A DNA stretch of 64,000 bases from positions 216,938,001-217,002,000 of the forward strand of contig OX597814.1 of NCBI GenBank assembly GCA_951406725.2. The letters are read 5' to 3'. Source of the DNA: Octopus vulgaris (taxonomy: Eukaryota). The translations under genes were made by a program, and so were the position numbers. The notes under the pieces are model-generated. The model worked only from the letters and a program-made list of their open reading frames with translations. It did no database searches and was not told the DNA's origin. Below, piece after piece: positions 27,173 to 40,541 of the stretch; the first letter of the stretch is position 1; each line of letters starts with the position of its first letter.

Positions 27173-28768
27173 AACCCATCGAGAAACTGGTCGACAAGTT
27201 GCAAACGTGTGCCACACCAGGCAGGAGTATCCATAACAACCTCCATCTGATACGCTACATCATAGACAGGGTAGTTAAGGGACCTGGCATGGGCGGCGTG
27301 CTGACCAATTTGGATCAATCCAAAGCTTTCAATAGGGTAGACCATCGATACTTGGAGACTGTCTTCATAGCAGCTGGTCTCAGTACTGTTTTCCGTGGTT
27401 GGATTGCTGCCTTATACAATGCCATCCATTCAGTAGTTTGTGCGAATGGGCATCTCTCCAGACCATTTGACATTGCACGTTTGGTCCATTAGGGATGCCC
27501 CCACTTGTCACTTATGTACGTATTGACTCTTCTATGGAAGCTGGCGATGCTAAGGGGCATCCCTCAAGAACTGGGTTACATGCTAGTGTCTAGCAACGGT
27601 CAAATTGATCTGGTCAGCAAGACACTAAAAAAACGCATAGCAGTAATGGGAGCAAAAATTAACTGGGAAAAGTCCGTGGGCTTGCAGCTCAGAACCTGGA
27701 GAAGCAAGCCCATGCCGTCCAACTTCATCTCATTCATGAGACTCTGGACAGCTGGACCGGTTAAATTACTCAGGGTCTGGACCTCCAAATGGAGAAATGG
27801 GATGAGGTAACGAGTAGGGTGGCTACTCTCACCCAGCAATTAGCCGAAAGGAAGCTATCCCTAGAAGATTTAATTGGAATTTCAGAGAAAAATAATGGAG
27901 AAGAGTATGAATATGTATGTGTTTTGTTAAGTCGTTATTTTGATAGTGTAGAGGAGGTATGACGATGATCTTAGAAAGAACCTGGGTACCGACGAATACC
28001 TAACCTACCTGTTCAGGACAACATTTGGGCCAGAGATCCCTGGCCTGGCAGTGCTAACGAGAAGCACCACCTGTTTGAGATAAAGTCTACAGGCATGGCT
28101 CTAGAAACACCAGGTCAACCTGTCCGAGATGCAGTCAGAGCGACGAATCCGTTCTGCATACACTTGCAGTGTCAAACCATTTCCAACCTGTGGGCTTATC
28201 TCGAACAACTGTCATGTCGCGTATGGGACGAGTTACTTTATCAGCTGAGTCTAACGTTAATATTGCTCCGCCTCCTTACTTCAAACGGGAAGGAAGAGCT
28301 GTTTTCAGTGTACTAGTGGCTATGGCAAAAGAATGTGTATGGTGGACGCATTTGAAAGGCCTTGAAACAAAAACTTCCCTCTTTGGTCAATCACTCAACT
28401 TTTTCAAGTATCACTTGAAAAGGAAGATGAGAGTAGAGAGGCAAGTTTTGCCTAGTGAATGTTTCATGAAAAGATGGGTGAATGTAGCAAGGATGGCACA
28501 TGTGAATGATGGAACCACCTTGAGCATAGTCCTATGAACCACAGAGAAAGAGAGTACTTCACTAAGGTACTTTTGTATTTCAATGCCCGAGGTTAGCATT
28601 GGCTTTTCTGTCCAAGGATAAACCTAATGTGTTTTTTCACATTTTTACTGGGATACACAATCCCTTTTGATCAGAAATTTATTTTCTTTTTTACTCTATT
28701 TTCTTTCTTCTCTCAAAAAGAAAAGCTCTACATGGTATTTTGTCTCCTGTGTGGCTAATAAAGAAAAT
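27173..28768 (+). mobile_element. Degenerate 5'-truncated L1/Tx1-clade LINE (RT plus C-terminal region and 3' UTR)
   Basis: PGRSIHNNLHLIRYIIDRV..LDQSKAFNRVDHRYL, then ARLVH*GCP and GAKINWEKSVGL. C-terminal ORF at 28169-28537. Tail CCTGTGTGGCTAATAAAGAAA. Confidence 0.88.
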
Positions 28769-28799
28769 TAGGAGTCATATCATTCTATTAGGTTTGCTG

Positions 28800-29700
28800 A
28801 ATTTGGTTTGTTCAGCAAGACTAGCCTCCACACTATGGCAACTGTCCAGCTTTGTATTATGGAACTATAACCACAATTTAAGTTCGTTCCAATACATTCC
28901 AGTAATTTACACATTTGCTGTGACAAATCCACTGGTTTTATCAGACCTTTTGTGCCAGAGAAACATAGACATATTTTCTCTGTATTACATAATCTTTCTC
29001 ACCCTGGATGGGATGCAACAATTAAACTTATTAGCAATTATTTTGTTTGAACCGGAATGAACAAGGACATATGTACACAGGCGCAATCCTGTTTAAAATA
29101 TCAAAAGTCTAAAGTACATTGATAAATCAAAACACCTCTTGGTACTAATGCAAATCCAGATGCTAGGTTCCAGCATTTTCACAGTCGTTGTGGCACCTTT
29201 ACCATCCGTGAATAGTAATTATTTGTTGACCTGTATCAACTGTGTTTCGAGCTGACCAAAAGCCACAACAATCAAGGACATTTCACCAACAACAATTGTA
29301 CAAACTTTTTTAGAAAAACTGGATTTCTCATTTTGGAGTTTCCAAAACTTTTAAAAACTGACAGAGGAAGACAATTTGAAGCTTCACTTTTTTTTCCAAG
29401 TTCATTAATTTCTTAGGTTTACATAGAATCACAACTGATCATCCCCAAGTAAACAGAATGATTGCAAAGACATTTCACAAAAAATGGTCACCTCTAATAT
29501 TAATAAGGATAAGATCCACTGTAAAGGAAAACTTAGTGTTCTCCTGCTCAATTAGCATACGGTTAAATGTTTGAAGAGTCAATCTATGTGCAACATAATC
29601 CTACAGATTAGATTTCCAGACTCCCACGATTTACATCCAATTTATCCATCTTTCCATTTACAGACACCAAAGGCTCACATTCCTTCAGACATTAAAACAT
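28800..29700 (+). mobile_element. Degenerate Ty3/Gypsy integrase fragment
   Basis: CDKSTGFIRPFVPEKHRHIFSVLHNLSHPGWDATIKLISNYFV*TGMNKDI (zinc-binding region), then NWISHFG..TDRGRQFEASLF, with many stops. Confidence 0.8.
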
Positions 29701-29804
29701 CTGCATTCAAGAACATGAAAATACAATTGGAAAAGATTACCAAAACATGTGATCCTGATATTAAATTAAAACAATAACATCAAGGCTAACATCCTGAAAC
29801 ATTG

Positions 29805-29975
29805 TCTGAGACAGGAAGGGCCACGTAGCAAGAATGAGAGAAATGAGGATGCTGCACCAAATTTTGTAAGGTGAAGTTTCCACTGGAAGAACGCTCTGTG
29901 ACCATCCCTTCCATCGATAAAAGGATCAGCTGAAGCAAAGACTAAAACTGACTGGCATCAATCCCAAAGCCAGGG
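29805..29975 (+). mobile_element. RTE-like LINE 3' coding fragment
   Basis: GHVARMREMRMLHQIL*GEVSTG...KDQLKQRLKLTGINP resembles an RTE C-terminus. Confidence 0.5.
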
Positions 29976-30059
29976 ATATTGAAGGTGAGGACAAACTTGA
30001 AAAATAAACAAGAGAAACACAAATGCAAACCATTTCCTCCACTCTGCAACAAGGGATTA

Positions 30060-31085
30060 AGGTCTGCAGAAGGAGTGGTAGTACCAACTGCACCACAGAA
30101 ACAGATTTTACATGAATTTCATAGTGGACACCTGAGGATGTTGAGAATGAAAGCTTTGAAAAGGAGTTGTGAGTATTGGCTGACACTGGACCAGGACATT
30201 GAAAATTTGGTTAAATCTTGTAGCCAAGGCACCACAAATGAAAAACCAATCATGGCCTGAGACAGACAGAGTCCATTGTCTATATAGACTACACTGGACC
30301 AGTGAATAGAGACTACTACTTGATCGTTGTTGATAGCTTTATCAAGTGGTCGGAAGTCTGTGGGTGCAGTCAACCAACCTCAAAGTTCCTGAATCAACTA
30401 TTTGCTCGATACAGTGTTCCAGACACCATAGTATTGGACAATGGAACATAATTTAAAGGACATGTTCAAGAAATTGTACAAAATGCATGCTATCAAGTAT
30501 GTTTACCCCACTCTACACCCGAGGTCAAATGGGCAAGCACAACGATTTGTAGATACTTTCAAGTAAGTGTTAGAGAGAGAGAGAGAAAAGAAAAAAAGGA
30601 ATGAGTTAGGAAACGATGAAGTACTAACTAAATTCTTATGGGTGTACAGAATAACACCCAATATGAATATCAGCTCAGGCATGTTGCCTGCAGATCTAAT
30701 GTTCATTCGAAAGATTAAATTGATCATCGACAAATTGTTGCCAAAGGGAAAAATGTATAAAGACAGAAAAAATTCAACGAAACATTTTGATGTCAGAAAC
30801 AAAGTTCATTTCAAAGTCTACAAGAACGGTACACAGAGTTGGCAGGATGGTGTAGTGATTAAAAGAATTGGTAACATGATCTATTTAATAAAGGGCCAAT
30901 ACTGGGCACATAAACAACACCTAAATCAAATAGAGAATACACATACAGAAAAAAGGAAGGAAATTCCAAGGGAAGTGCTTTACGAGATGTTCAATGTGCC
31001 ACCACCGAAAGAGATTGAGCAGTAACAGAAAATGTAAATAGACTAAATATTAGGATATAATTCCTAAGCAGAAAAGGTGCTGAAC
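30060..31085 (+). mobile_element. Second Gypsy (K02A2.6-like) integrase relic
   Basis: VVVPTAPQKQILHEFHSGH..MKAL..YW..LDQDIENLVKSC; IDYTGP..YYLIVVDSFIKWSEV; LFARYSVPDTIVLDNGT; HPRSNGQAQRFVDTFK; FLWVYRITPN. Confidence 0.88.
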
Positions 31086-31884
31086 TCCCTAAGGAACAAA
31101 ATTCTGCCTGATTTTTATATAGGACTGGATTTAAACTGAAGGGAACCCTGTGCATTTCAAAACTGCTGGGCCTCTCAGAGACCAGACTGAAAATTTTGGA
31201 AAATCAATCTTAAACTCGTATATTGCTGTAATTTACTTTAATTTTTGTAGGACTATTTCTTGTCACCTAATCGCACTAATTGGTAATTTATATAAATAGA
31301 TTTATAGAAACAAATATCTGAAGTTCTAAAATAATTAAAACATAGAATAAAAAAAAAATGTAGTCTAATTCGACTTGAGTTAAAAGTCTATACCTCTGTA
31401 GGATGGTTGAAAATGTTATGACTGATACCTTAAAAATATCTTAAAAACACAGAACTTTGTAGGGAGTTCTGAGTGAAGCACACCATTTAATCTGTTGTAA
31501 CATTTTCAGAAATTTTTGGCGAATGTGTTCTAAACAATTTCCCTATGATTATACAAAAAATTTCAACATTGCATCTGTTATTTGGAAATCATTATATCTC
31601 TCCTATTTTTTTTTATTAAGGCATATCACTTCTCATTGTGACCTTTAAGGGAGATTTAATTGTTTCTGACATCCCACGACCACCTGGAACCTTCCTCATT
31701 TCTTTGTCACTGACATGTATTGATGGGTTTCAAAATTTTTCTCCCCATCATTTTATCAAATGATGATTCTGAAGTAACAGGAGTTTTTTTCATCCCAAGG
31801 GTGGAACACTGTTCCGATGTAAGAGAAAAAAAAAAATCAACACCACACAGAATAAAGGCAGTCCATTAGTATGTGTGTCTTTTT

Positions 31885-32275
31885 TTATCTTTTATCTTTT
31901 ACTTGTTTCAGTCATTTGACTGCGGCCATGCTGGAGCACCGCCTTTAGTCGAGCAAATCGACCCCGGGACTTATTCTTTGTATTATTCTATCGGTCTCTT
32001 TTGCCGAACCGCTAAGTGACGGGGACGAATACACACCAGCATCGGTTGTCAAGCAATGCTAGGGGGACAAACACACACACATATATATATATATATATAT
32101 TATATATACGTATATACGACAGACTTCTTTCAGTTTCCGTCTACCAAATTCACTCACAAGGCATTGGTCGGCCTGGGGCTAGAGCAGAAGACACTTGCCC
32201 AAGATGCTACGCAGTGGGACTGAACCCGGAACCATGTGGTTGGTTAGCATGCTACTTACCACACAGCCACTCCTG
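31885..32275 (-). mobile_element. tRNA-derived SINE with an internal (CA)/(TA) tract
   Basis: The minus-strand head CAGGAGTGGCTGTGTGGTAAG...GGTTCAGTCCC carries A/B boxes. Same family as 53841-54350 and 51355-51846. Confidence 0.85.
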
Positions 32276-34139
32276 TGTGTGTTTAAGAAAAAAAGATATT
32301 TACTAACCGATAATTATGCTATCAAAACAATTTATCATTTACATATGTCTGAAATCTCTGCAGAAATCCTAGCAAAGTCCTTTTCACTGCCACTATGATA
32401 AATACCAGTGAAGTCTAATTCAAGAATCTGCAAAGTTTTACAGGGTGGGGCTGGCTTAGATGAAAAAATTTAAGCCAAAAAAATATATTTTGCATAATCA
32501 TACAAGATATTTCAAAACAGATCTGTAAAAATTTTCAACACCAAAAAGCTAAAAATTCATCACCCTTTACATGGTGTCATTCAATTTGTAATTAATAATA
32601 GGATGCCATGTGCATGAACAAGTTTTAAAAACATTTTGAATTTGGATTTCCAAGGAATTCAAGCATAATTTATACGAAAGGCTTCTTTCAGTTTCCATCT
32701 ACCAAATGGCCTCACAAGGCTTTAATCAGCACATGTGGTTGAGAAGCAAACTTCTTAACCACGCAGCCACTCATGTAGACAATGAAAAAATAGATATAGG
32801 ACTAAAAAAAATCAAGAGACAAATTGTCCTAAATCTCTAAAAATATTACCAGCCATTGCAGGTTTCCCCAAGCACTGTGACTACAAGATGAGCACTCACT
32901 GAGTCTGGTTTCACCAACAGCATGGTTCTTGGACGCCTTCAACAACAAACCAATGAATCTGCAAAGGAAATTCAATCAACACGTTTAAATATTAAAAAGC
33001 AAAAAAACTAAAAAAAAAAAACAAAAAAACAAAGAAAGCAGTGAAGTATATAACTGTAATGGTATTACCAGTTTAGATGGTGTGTGTGTGTGTGGTACGT
33101 TTGGCCTTGTAAATAAGTCATTCACTGTTTTGTTATGTGTTTCTCCATGACAAAACAGGAAATCAAAATGTGTCACATGCAAGTATGAACTGGTAATAAC
33201 CTTGCATTTAAAGTAGAACCCTTCCGTTAATTTATCTTCCAAACACCAGATTAGTACTGATAAAGTTATTTTATTATTAAATCCTTTAATATTCTTAAGC
33301 ATGTATTTGAACAAAAATATAGCAATGTAAAGGATTAAACCTTCATCCACTTCATTAAGGCATACTTTCTATGACCAGCTTGCTCTTCCTGTCATCATAG
33401 CTCACATGTTAGCAAGAGAATATTTCCTGTAGAAATCGCTCAAACAACACAATGGCCAAAAATAATTTCATGACAGACTGCAAACAAACAACATTGCTTC
33501 TATGACAGTGGCATTTGTTTACAACTAGCACAATCTCAACATAAATAGACACAAACATACACACCATACTCATGCAGACACACACAATGGGCTTTTTTTC
33601 AGCTTCTATCTACCAAATCCTCTCTCAAGGATTTAATGGGTCAGAGACTTGGTGTAGAAGAAACTGGACCACAGCATCATCCAATGGAAGTGAACCCAAA
33701 ACCACAAGGTTGCAAAACAAGCCTCTTAAAAACACACCCACAGTTACATCTATGTTACTGTAATAATGAAATTTGCAGCAATCTTTTCTTACCTGGTCTC
33801 ATGATGCAACTGCAACACTAGTCCCATTGCTAACATTCATTGCACCTGATTTGTCAGCAGCCATTTAGACATCGTGCTTCTCTTTGTCATTCAGCAAATC
33901 ATGAATGGCTTCATTGTAAATCTCAAGGAAGGACACATTGAATTCATACTGAAATAGAAAAGTAAAGACTAGATGAATAAACAGCAACAAGAGTAACCAG
34001 AGATCAACAGATTTTGTTTTAATGTTTCTGCATGAGAGGAGCTATATCCTATTACACCAAGTGTAATATGGTTGACAAAGGGAGAAGAAGAATAAGGATC
34101 AGGCTAAAACCCGAAGCACGTTCCTTTTGGTCACTTAAG

Positions 34140-34357
34140 CCCTTTAGCATTTGAACCGGCAATATTTGGCAGAAATAGTCTACCTGTTTTATGTCCAAAC
34201 TGGCCAAATCCAACCTCTCACACCTACCAAACAATGTTATTCTAAAAATAATCACATCATTGTAAAATCTTGGAGCTTCAGTATAATTCATGATTAATTG
34301 AAAATAATGTGAATAAATAGGCATTGCATTTCATAGAATTATCTGAATGCTAAAGGG
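34140..34357. mobile_element. piggyBac-like MITE
   Basis: CCCTTTAGCATT...AATGCTAAAGGG termini near TTAA. Related to 59487-59706. Confidence 0.6.
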
Positions 34358-36810
34358 TCAAAACAGGCCGTGTCCAGTCCAAATATTCCACCTGTTTTAC
34401 ATTCCAACCATTAAAGTGAATTCTAAAATGGATGTGTTACAGGATTTTAAATAAAAAGATTTCATTTCAAGATTACATGGCATCTTGGACCTACAACTAG
34501 ATTGAAGAACACAGACAGGCCATGACACATTGAGCCTGAAGAAATCAAAGTTACAAAAGGAAAAAAAATGAATCAATCACCATCCTTTGCTTCCGATATG
34601 TATTACCCCAGCAAATTGCAATTTGAAGGAAAAATGCTTCAATAATATGCTCCTTTAACCTAGGATTTGGCAAAAGGGTCAATATTAACCCCTGCAGGTC
34701 TATATAACAATGAAACAATTTTGAACATTAGGGGTGCTAAATTGTTAGCACCCCTAAATCTGGAAGAACAGTAAGTTGAAGCTAAAACTGCCAAATATCA
34801 CGGCAATTACTAGTCTTCAAATATTCCTCCAATATCAATAGAATATGACTAAATTTTTTTTGCTCTTTCACAATTTCATTTAATTTCTTTAAATATTAAT
34901 TAGATAAAAAAAAAAAAGTAATGACACAATTATTTCCTAACTGGGAAATTTTTTTTTTATCATTTCTAATTTTTGATTTAGAAATTTATATGATGGGGGT
35001 CAATAAGTTATTAACGACTGCAAGAAAGGGACAAGGACATAAATTTGCAACAAAACCTATGAAAATATGAGAGAAAGAAAATGGAATTCATGAGAATCTT
35101 TTATTATTTGCTATGATCACTATGACTCATCAGGGGGGATGCTATACAAACAGGTGCATCATAGGGGTGGATGACTTACAAAAAGGTATCTCATCTTAAT
35201 CTCAGTTTCACTTATTTCTATTGAAATACATTTTGGTAGTCGTGTGTAACTTGTCTACATGATCAGAGTGAATAATAGAAGGGTCTTGTGATTTCCATTT
35301 TCTTTCTCTCATATTTTGTAAACTCAATGGACACAAAGGAATTCCTGAAATAAATCCAGTGGCATATACATCCATATTATTAATGACATCAGGGAACCAA
35401 ATACCAGAAATGGGCTTTAAACAGCAGATTACAATGAGTTTATCTGCCATTTACTGAATCTGAGACATTTTCGGGTAAGTTACAAGTGCATTTTTAGGTT
35501 TTCTGCCAACCAACCAATTCAATGATTTTACTAAGATTTGGTGTACAGGAAGTACTTGTGCAGATGAATAATTTCCAGTGGGTGTAGCTTGCACTGCACT
35601 ACCCTCACCTATTGGCTGAAGAAGACTTTTTAGCTGGTGTGACATGAAAATTGGCAAAACCAAGAACATCCAAGTTTTATTTCGGAGATTTCCTTCTTCT
35701 AAGTAAAAGAGCTTCTACCTGCCCAAGAGGTAAGCTATTCCATTTTAGGCACCAAACCAACACCTAAACACTCTATAAAATGATTGAATATCACAGATAT
35801 ACACACATACATGCATACACACAATAGAGTTGACAGAGGAACAATAATTGTCAATGTCTATAAGAATTTATATTTATCCTTATTTTGAATGTTAGTAAAC
35901 CAACTAATAGCCTTAACTATTTAACCACAGTTCGAGAGATACTTTATTTCTAAGCATAGGTATGGATTTATCTAAAATTATTTTACTTAATCTACCCAAG
36001 TCCAACTTACCAGGGCATCTAACCTTTGGGTCAGTTTGGAAGTTATCATTATGGTCTTGTTTGTTTTGTCCAAGTACACAAATAATTCCATCCTTGGATT
36101 TTAGGTTTGTTATTAAATCCTTGGGTTTTTTTTCTAGTGTGCATTTACTCTAAGTGGATGTTTGAGAAATTTAATGTTTGATTTACAGTCCATAATTGAG
36201 TGTGTCTGTATGACGAGATACATCTCTTTCTGAAGATGCAACTGCATATACACACCAATTTAAAATATCCTCAACCTATGAGCATTGATTGATTGATTCT
36301 AGAACTGCATGTTTTTTAGGGTTTTTTTATATATATATGTGTAAATGTCTATGTATTTACACATTTTTTTTTTATTCATCTCTCATAATGGGATATTTTA
36401 ATTCTGTTATTTATTTTACATTTATATTATTCATTTAAAATTTTCTTTATTTTAATTTTACTTTTTATTTTATTCTTTACCTTATTACTCATTATATTCC
36501 AACTGATCTGTCAACCATTCACCCACACATAAGAATAAAAAAACAATAACTCCTTATTTAGTCTGCTTGCAAGAATGGAAGGGTCCATGTGTAATATCTT
36601 CATGTATATCTTTCTCGGATGAAATTATGCTCATAACACATAAATGCAAACTTAAAGCATAAATTCGTAATTTACCCTATTGAGCACTAATGGAAACGGC
36701 TGTAAGAAGTAAAGATTAACAATCTTTTAATGATAAATAATTATCTTAACTCTCCAGTTTCTTTCCTTCATTTAACTGAACATAAACTTTACACACACAC
36801 ACACACACAC

Positions 36811-37024
36811 ACAAGGGGTGCTGAAAAGTTCCTGGCTTTAAGTGTATCATGAAAGGCTTGGCTGGAGGCACAACCTTCTTAGTTCTTTTAAAGGGCTTAG
36901 AAAAACTGAAGGACCATTGCAAAAAGTGTGTGAATCTGAGAGGGGAATATATTCAATAAAATCATAACTGTTCCCCAATGTATTTTCTTTTACCCAAAAC
37001 CAGGAATTTTTCAGTACCCCTCAT
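36811..37024. mobile_element. Tc1/mariner-derived MITE
   Basis: Inverted termini AGGGGTGCTGAAAAGTTCCTGG ... CCAGGAATTTTTCAGTACCCCT. Confidence 0.7.
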
Positions 37025-37281
37025 ATAAAATAGTGTGTAGAATATCAGGCATAAAAAAAAGGCCCTTTGAATGGGAAAGAGTTAAAGGCTGCCCATGAGA
37101 CAGACGCATTTGTCATATTAACAGATGTGGGTTGACCTTTATTCCATTGAAGGATTTCTTTTAACCCAATATTCTACTTGCTGTTATTGAAAGCTTTATC
37201 TGTTCCTCCATGAAAAAAAATTTACTTCAATTCTGATAAATTTTTTAAATTCTTATAATGTAAGCATATTATTCATATGCA

Positions 37282-37315
<34 letters not shown>

Positions 37316-37318
<3 letters not shown>

Positions 37319-37560
37319 CATCCTTTAATGTCCATTTTCCATGCTGGCATGGGTTGGATGGTTTGACAGAGGTCTGGAAAGCCAGCGGCTGTGCCAGGCT
37401 CCAATCTGATCTGGCAATGTTTCCACAGCTAGGTGCCCTTCCTAACAACAATCACCCTGAGAGTGCAGTGGGTGCTTTTTACGTGCCACCAGCACAGGAG
37501 CCAGTTGGGCGAGCCTGGCATCGATCATATTCAGATAGTACTTTTTACATGCCTTTGGCA
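37316..37560 (-). mobile_element. RTE-type 3' tail fragment
   Basis: Reverse complement of the AACCCATGCCAGCATGGAAA..GACATTAAA(GAT)n tail seen at 63025-63070. Confidence 0.65.
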
Positions 37561-39599
37561 CAGAGATATACACACACACAAATACATGAAAAAGTCCTTC
37601 CCATGACATAGGCTCATAAAACCAATATCTTGAATTCTGTGGCGTATATATTCTCCCACTCCTGGATAAGATGCCAGTCTGTCACAGGATTACTCATCTT
37701 TGCCAGCAGCAACATGAAATTAAGTGTTTTGCTCAAGAACACAATGCATCACTCATTCCAGGAATCAAAACCACAATTTTATGATCATGAACGCAGCACC
37801 TGTGTGTGTGTGTGTGTGTGTGGTGTGCCATTACTTAACTGATTAAGTTTTCACAACATTGAGTAAATAATTGTTACTTTTTAGGTTATCAAATGGTTTG
37901 ACAAAACTGATTAGTAAAAGTTAAAATATATGATAAGCCTGCGATATTTGAGTATATATACACACACACACAATTTCCATAAAATTACGATTGACAAATC
38001 AAGAATGGAAAATCTTTAATCTCCATCATTCAAATGAAAATTTAAATATCATTTATTACTTTACATATACACTTTTCTCCCTCAAGACCTGTTTCTTAAA
38101 AATAACTTCCAGCCTAAATGCTACCAGGATATTTCCCATGATAAAAATTGCTTTATTCTGCTTTACTGTCCTTTTTTTTTTTCATTTTCATTTCCATTTT
38201 TGTTGTTCTTTGTCCTAAGTAATCAAGAACCTGACCTTTTTCCTATTGATTAAAAATAACTCAAGGCTTCTGTCCTATGTTGTTCAAACATTTAAAATAG
38301 AAATCAAAATAGGTTATCACAGATTTCATTTCTGATTAAATCAAAATCATCATCATCATCGTTTTCAAGCCCTCCACCTTTCCATACCTGCATGGATATC
38401 AGAACATCTAATATCTTAAATTTACGACAGCAACATTTAATAACATTTTAAATTTATAGCAGAAACATTTGATAATTTCTTAGATTCAAAGTAGCAATGC
38501 TTAAAAATCCCTTCAGTTCATAAGAACAACATTTAACAATGCCCATGGTTTGGGTTTCAGTTTAACCACACATAGTTGCACGTTGGGCCAAGTGCTTTCT
38601 ACCACAGGCCCTGAACAATCAAGGCCTTGCAAGTGGATTTGGTAGGCAGAAACTGAAAGAATCCAATTGTACACGTGTAACCTTATCTAGACATCATCTG
38701 AGAGTTGCAAATGAGCATCATCATCATCATCATACAAAGGTTATTCGTTTCTAGTTTTCCATGGGAAACATGGCTAGCTATCAAAAAATGTTACCTTGCT
38801 TGCAAACAGACGAGAGATGATGACAAGAGGAGCATCCAGCTAAAGAAAATATGCCTCAACAAATTCCATCTGACTCGTGTAAGCAATGAAAAGTGGACAT
38901 TAAATGACAGTCACAATGATGACATGTACAACAGATTTTATAGTTCCCAGCTCACAAATTCTTTCTCAAGGCCTTGTTTAGCCTGCATTTACTTGCCTAT
39001 GGTGCCATGCAATAGGACTGAATCAGAAATCACACATTGCTGGCAACATCCATCTAAATTTGAAATTTTAACCTGCCAAGGATAACTTTACATATTTCTT
39101 CCTCTGAGATTCAAGGAAATTAGTATAAGAAAGAATATAGTCTATGTGGCTATATATAAGAACCATTGAGGATATCAAATCAAAAATTTCAAATGAAGAT
39201 AAATAATCACTGTTGAACTGACAAACAACAGATTAAACAATTGACTCAGTTAAAGAAACAGCAGCTAAAACTATACAAGGCAGCATATTTTAACAAAAAT
39301 AAAACCATACCAATATTCACAATCAGTTATAAACTCTTGAATAATCACCAAGAAGATTCATAAAATGCAAGATTTTTTTTTAATTTTATATCAGGTTTTT
39401 AAATAGAAACTTACCTTCTAACCTTTCTCAACTAATAATTCAACGGTTTCAAACACCTGAACAGCAGCTCTTGGAATCATACCCATCATCTCATCTTCTA
39501 CATTACCAACTTCCATTGTATATGCTTTACCAGGACCAGGGTGGACTTATCCAAAGATGCAAACATCATAGCCACTGGGTGCAAACTGAAATAATAAGG

Positions 39600-39636
<37 letters not shown>

Positions 39637-39867
39637 TAAATTAGAGACAAAACCACTATTAGGCAAATCATACAATGAAAAACTTAAGCCAATACATAAG
39701 ATTATTTAAATATCTGTAAGTTTGGATTTATTCCCTAATATTTATTATTAATTAATATATTGATAAATTACGTATATTGAGTGTAATATCTCAACTTCGT
39801 AAATTATGGAATTTACAGGTAAGATAGAACCGCTATTTTGGAATTCATCATTGAAGGATATTCCAGT

Positions 39868-40010
39868 ACCTATTTCTTTATTACCCACAAGGGGCTAAAC
39901 ACAGAGGGGACAAACAAGGACAGACATAGGTATTAAGTCGATTACATCGACCCCAGTGCGTAACTGGTACTTAATTTATCGACCCCGAAAGGATGAAAGG
40001 CAAAGTCGAC
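39868..40010 (-). mobile_element. SINE 3' half
   Basis: GTCGACTTTGCCTTTCATCCTTTCGGGGTCGATAAATTAAGTACCAG...CCCCTTGTGGGTAATAAAGAAATAGGTA on the minus strand. Confidence 0.8.
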
Positions 40011-40184
40011 TAATCTTATGTATTGGCTTAAGTTTTTCATTGTATGATTTGCCTAATAGTGGTTTTATCTCTAATTTAATATAATATAATATTTTACAAT
40101 AAAATTGGATTCAATCCTAAATCTGATTTTTCCCTGTAAGTTTGGATTTATTCCCTAATATTTATTATTATATATATGTATATA

Positions 40185-40345
40185 TATATACTCAATATAT
40201 ATTTGATATATATATATATACTCAATATATATTTGATATATATATATACTCAATATATATTTGATATATATATATATATACTCAATATATATTTGATATA
40301 TATATATATACTCAATATATATTTGATATATATATATACTCAATA
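40185..40345. repeat. Minisatellite of about 30 bp, CTCAATATATATTTGA(TA)n, 5 copies
   Basis: Directly visible. Confidence 0.9.
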
Positions 40346-40429
40346 CAGAGATGGATGGAGGAGAAAATAGATAGAAAAATCGATAGAGCACCACGTTCCG
40401 AGTTCAAATATCACCCAAACCAAATGTAC

Positions 40430-40541
40430 CTTATGCCTTTCTGAGGTAGATAAGTAGCAATCATCTTCTACATTACCACCTTGCATTGGTCCTACCAGGA
40501 CCAAGGTGGACTTATCCAAAGATGCAAACATTATAGCCATT
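40430..40541 (-). pseudogene. Second, more decayed copy of the kinesin P-loop exon
   Basis: NGYNVCIFG*VHLGPGRT-MQGGNVEDD, sharing the TAA stop of the 39.5-kb copy. Confidence 0.8.

Larger units (their letters stand above)
32850..39585 (-). pseudogene. Unprocessed kinesin-14 (KIFC1/Ncd-like) motor-domain pseudogene; exons 39585-39415, 33948-33793, 32958-32850
   Basis: Exons translate as SGYDVCIFG*VHPGPGKAYTMEVGNVEDEMMGMIPRAAVQVFETVELLVEKG*K / YEFNVSFLEIYNEAIHDLLNDKEKHDV*MAADKSG... / IH-GLLLKASKNHAVGETRLSECSSCSHS..GETCNG. Each has AG/GT boundaries, the first two junctions are phase 0, and the exons are in the correct order. Confidence 0.9.
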
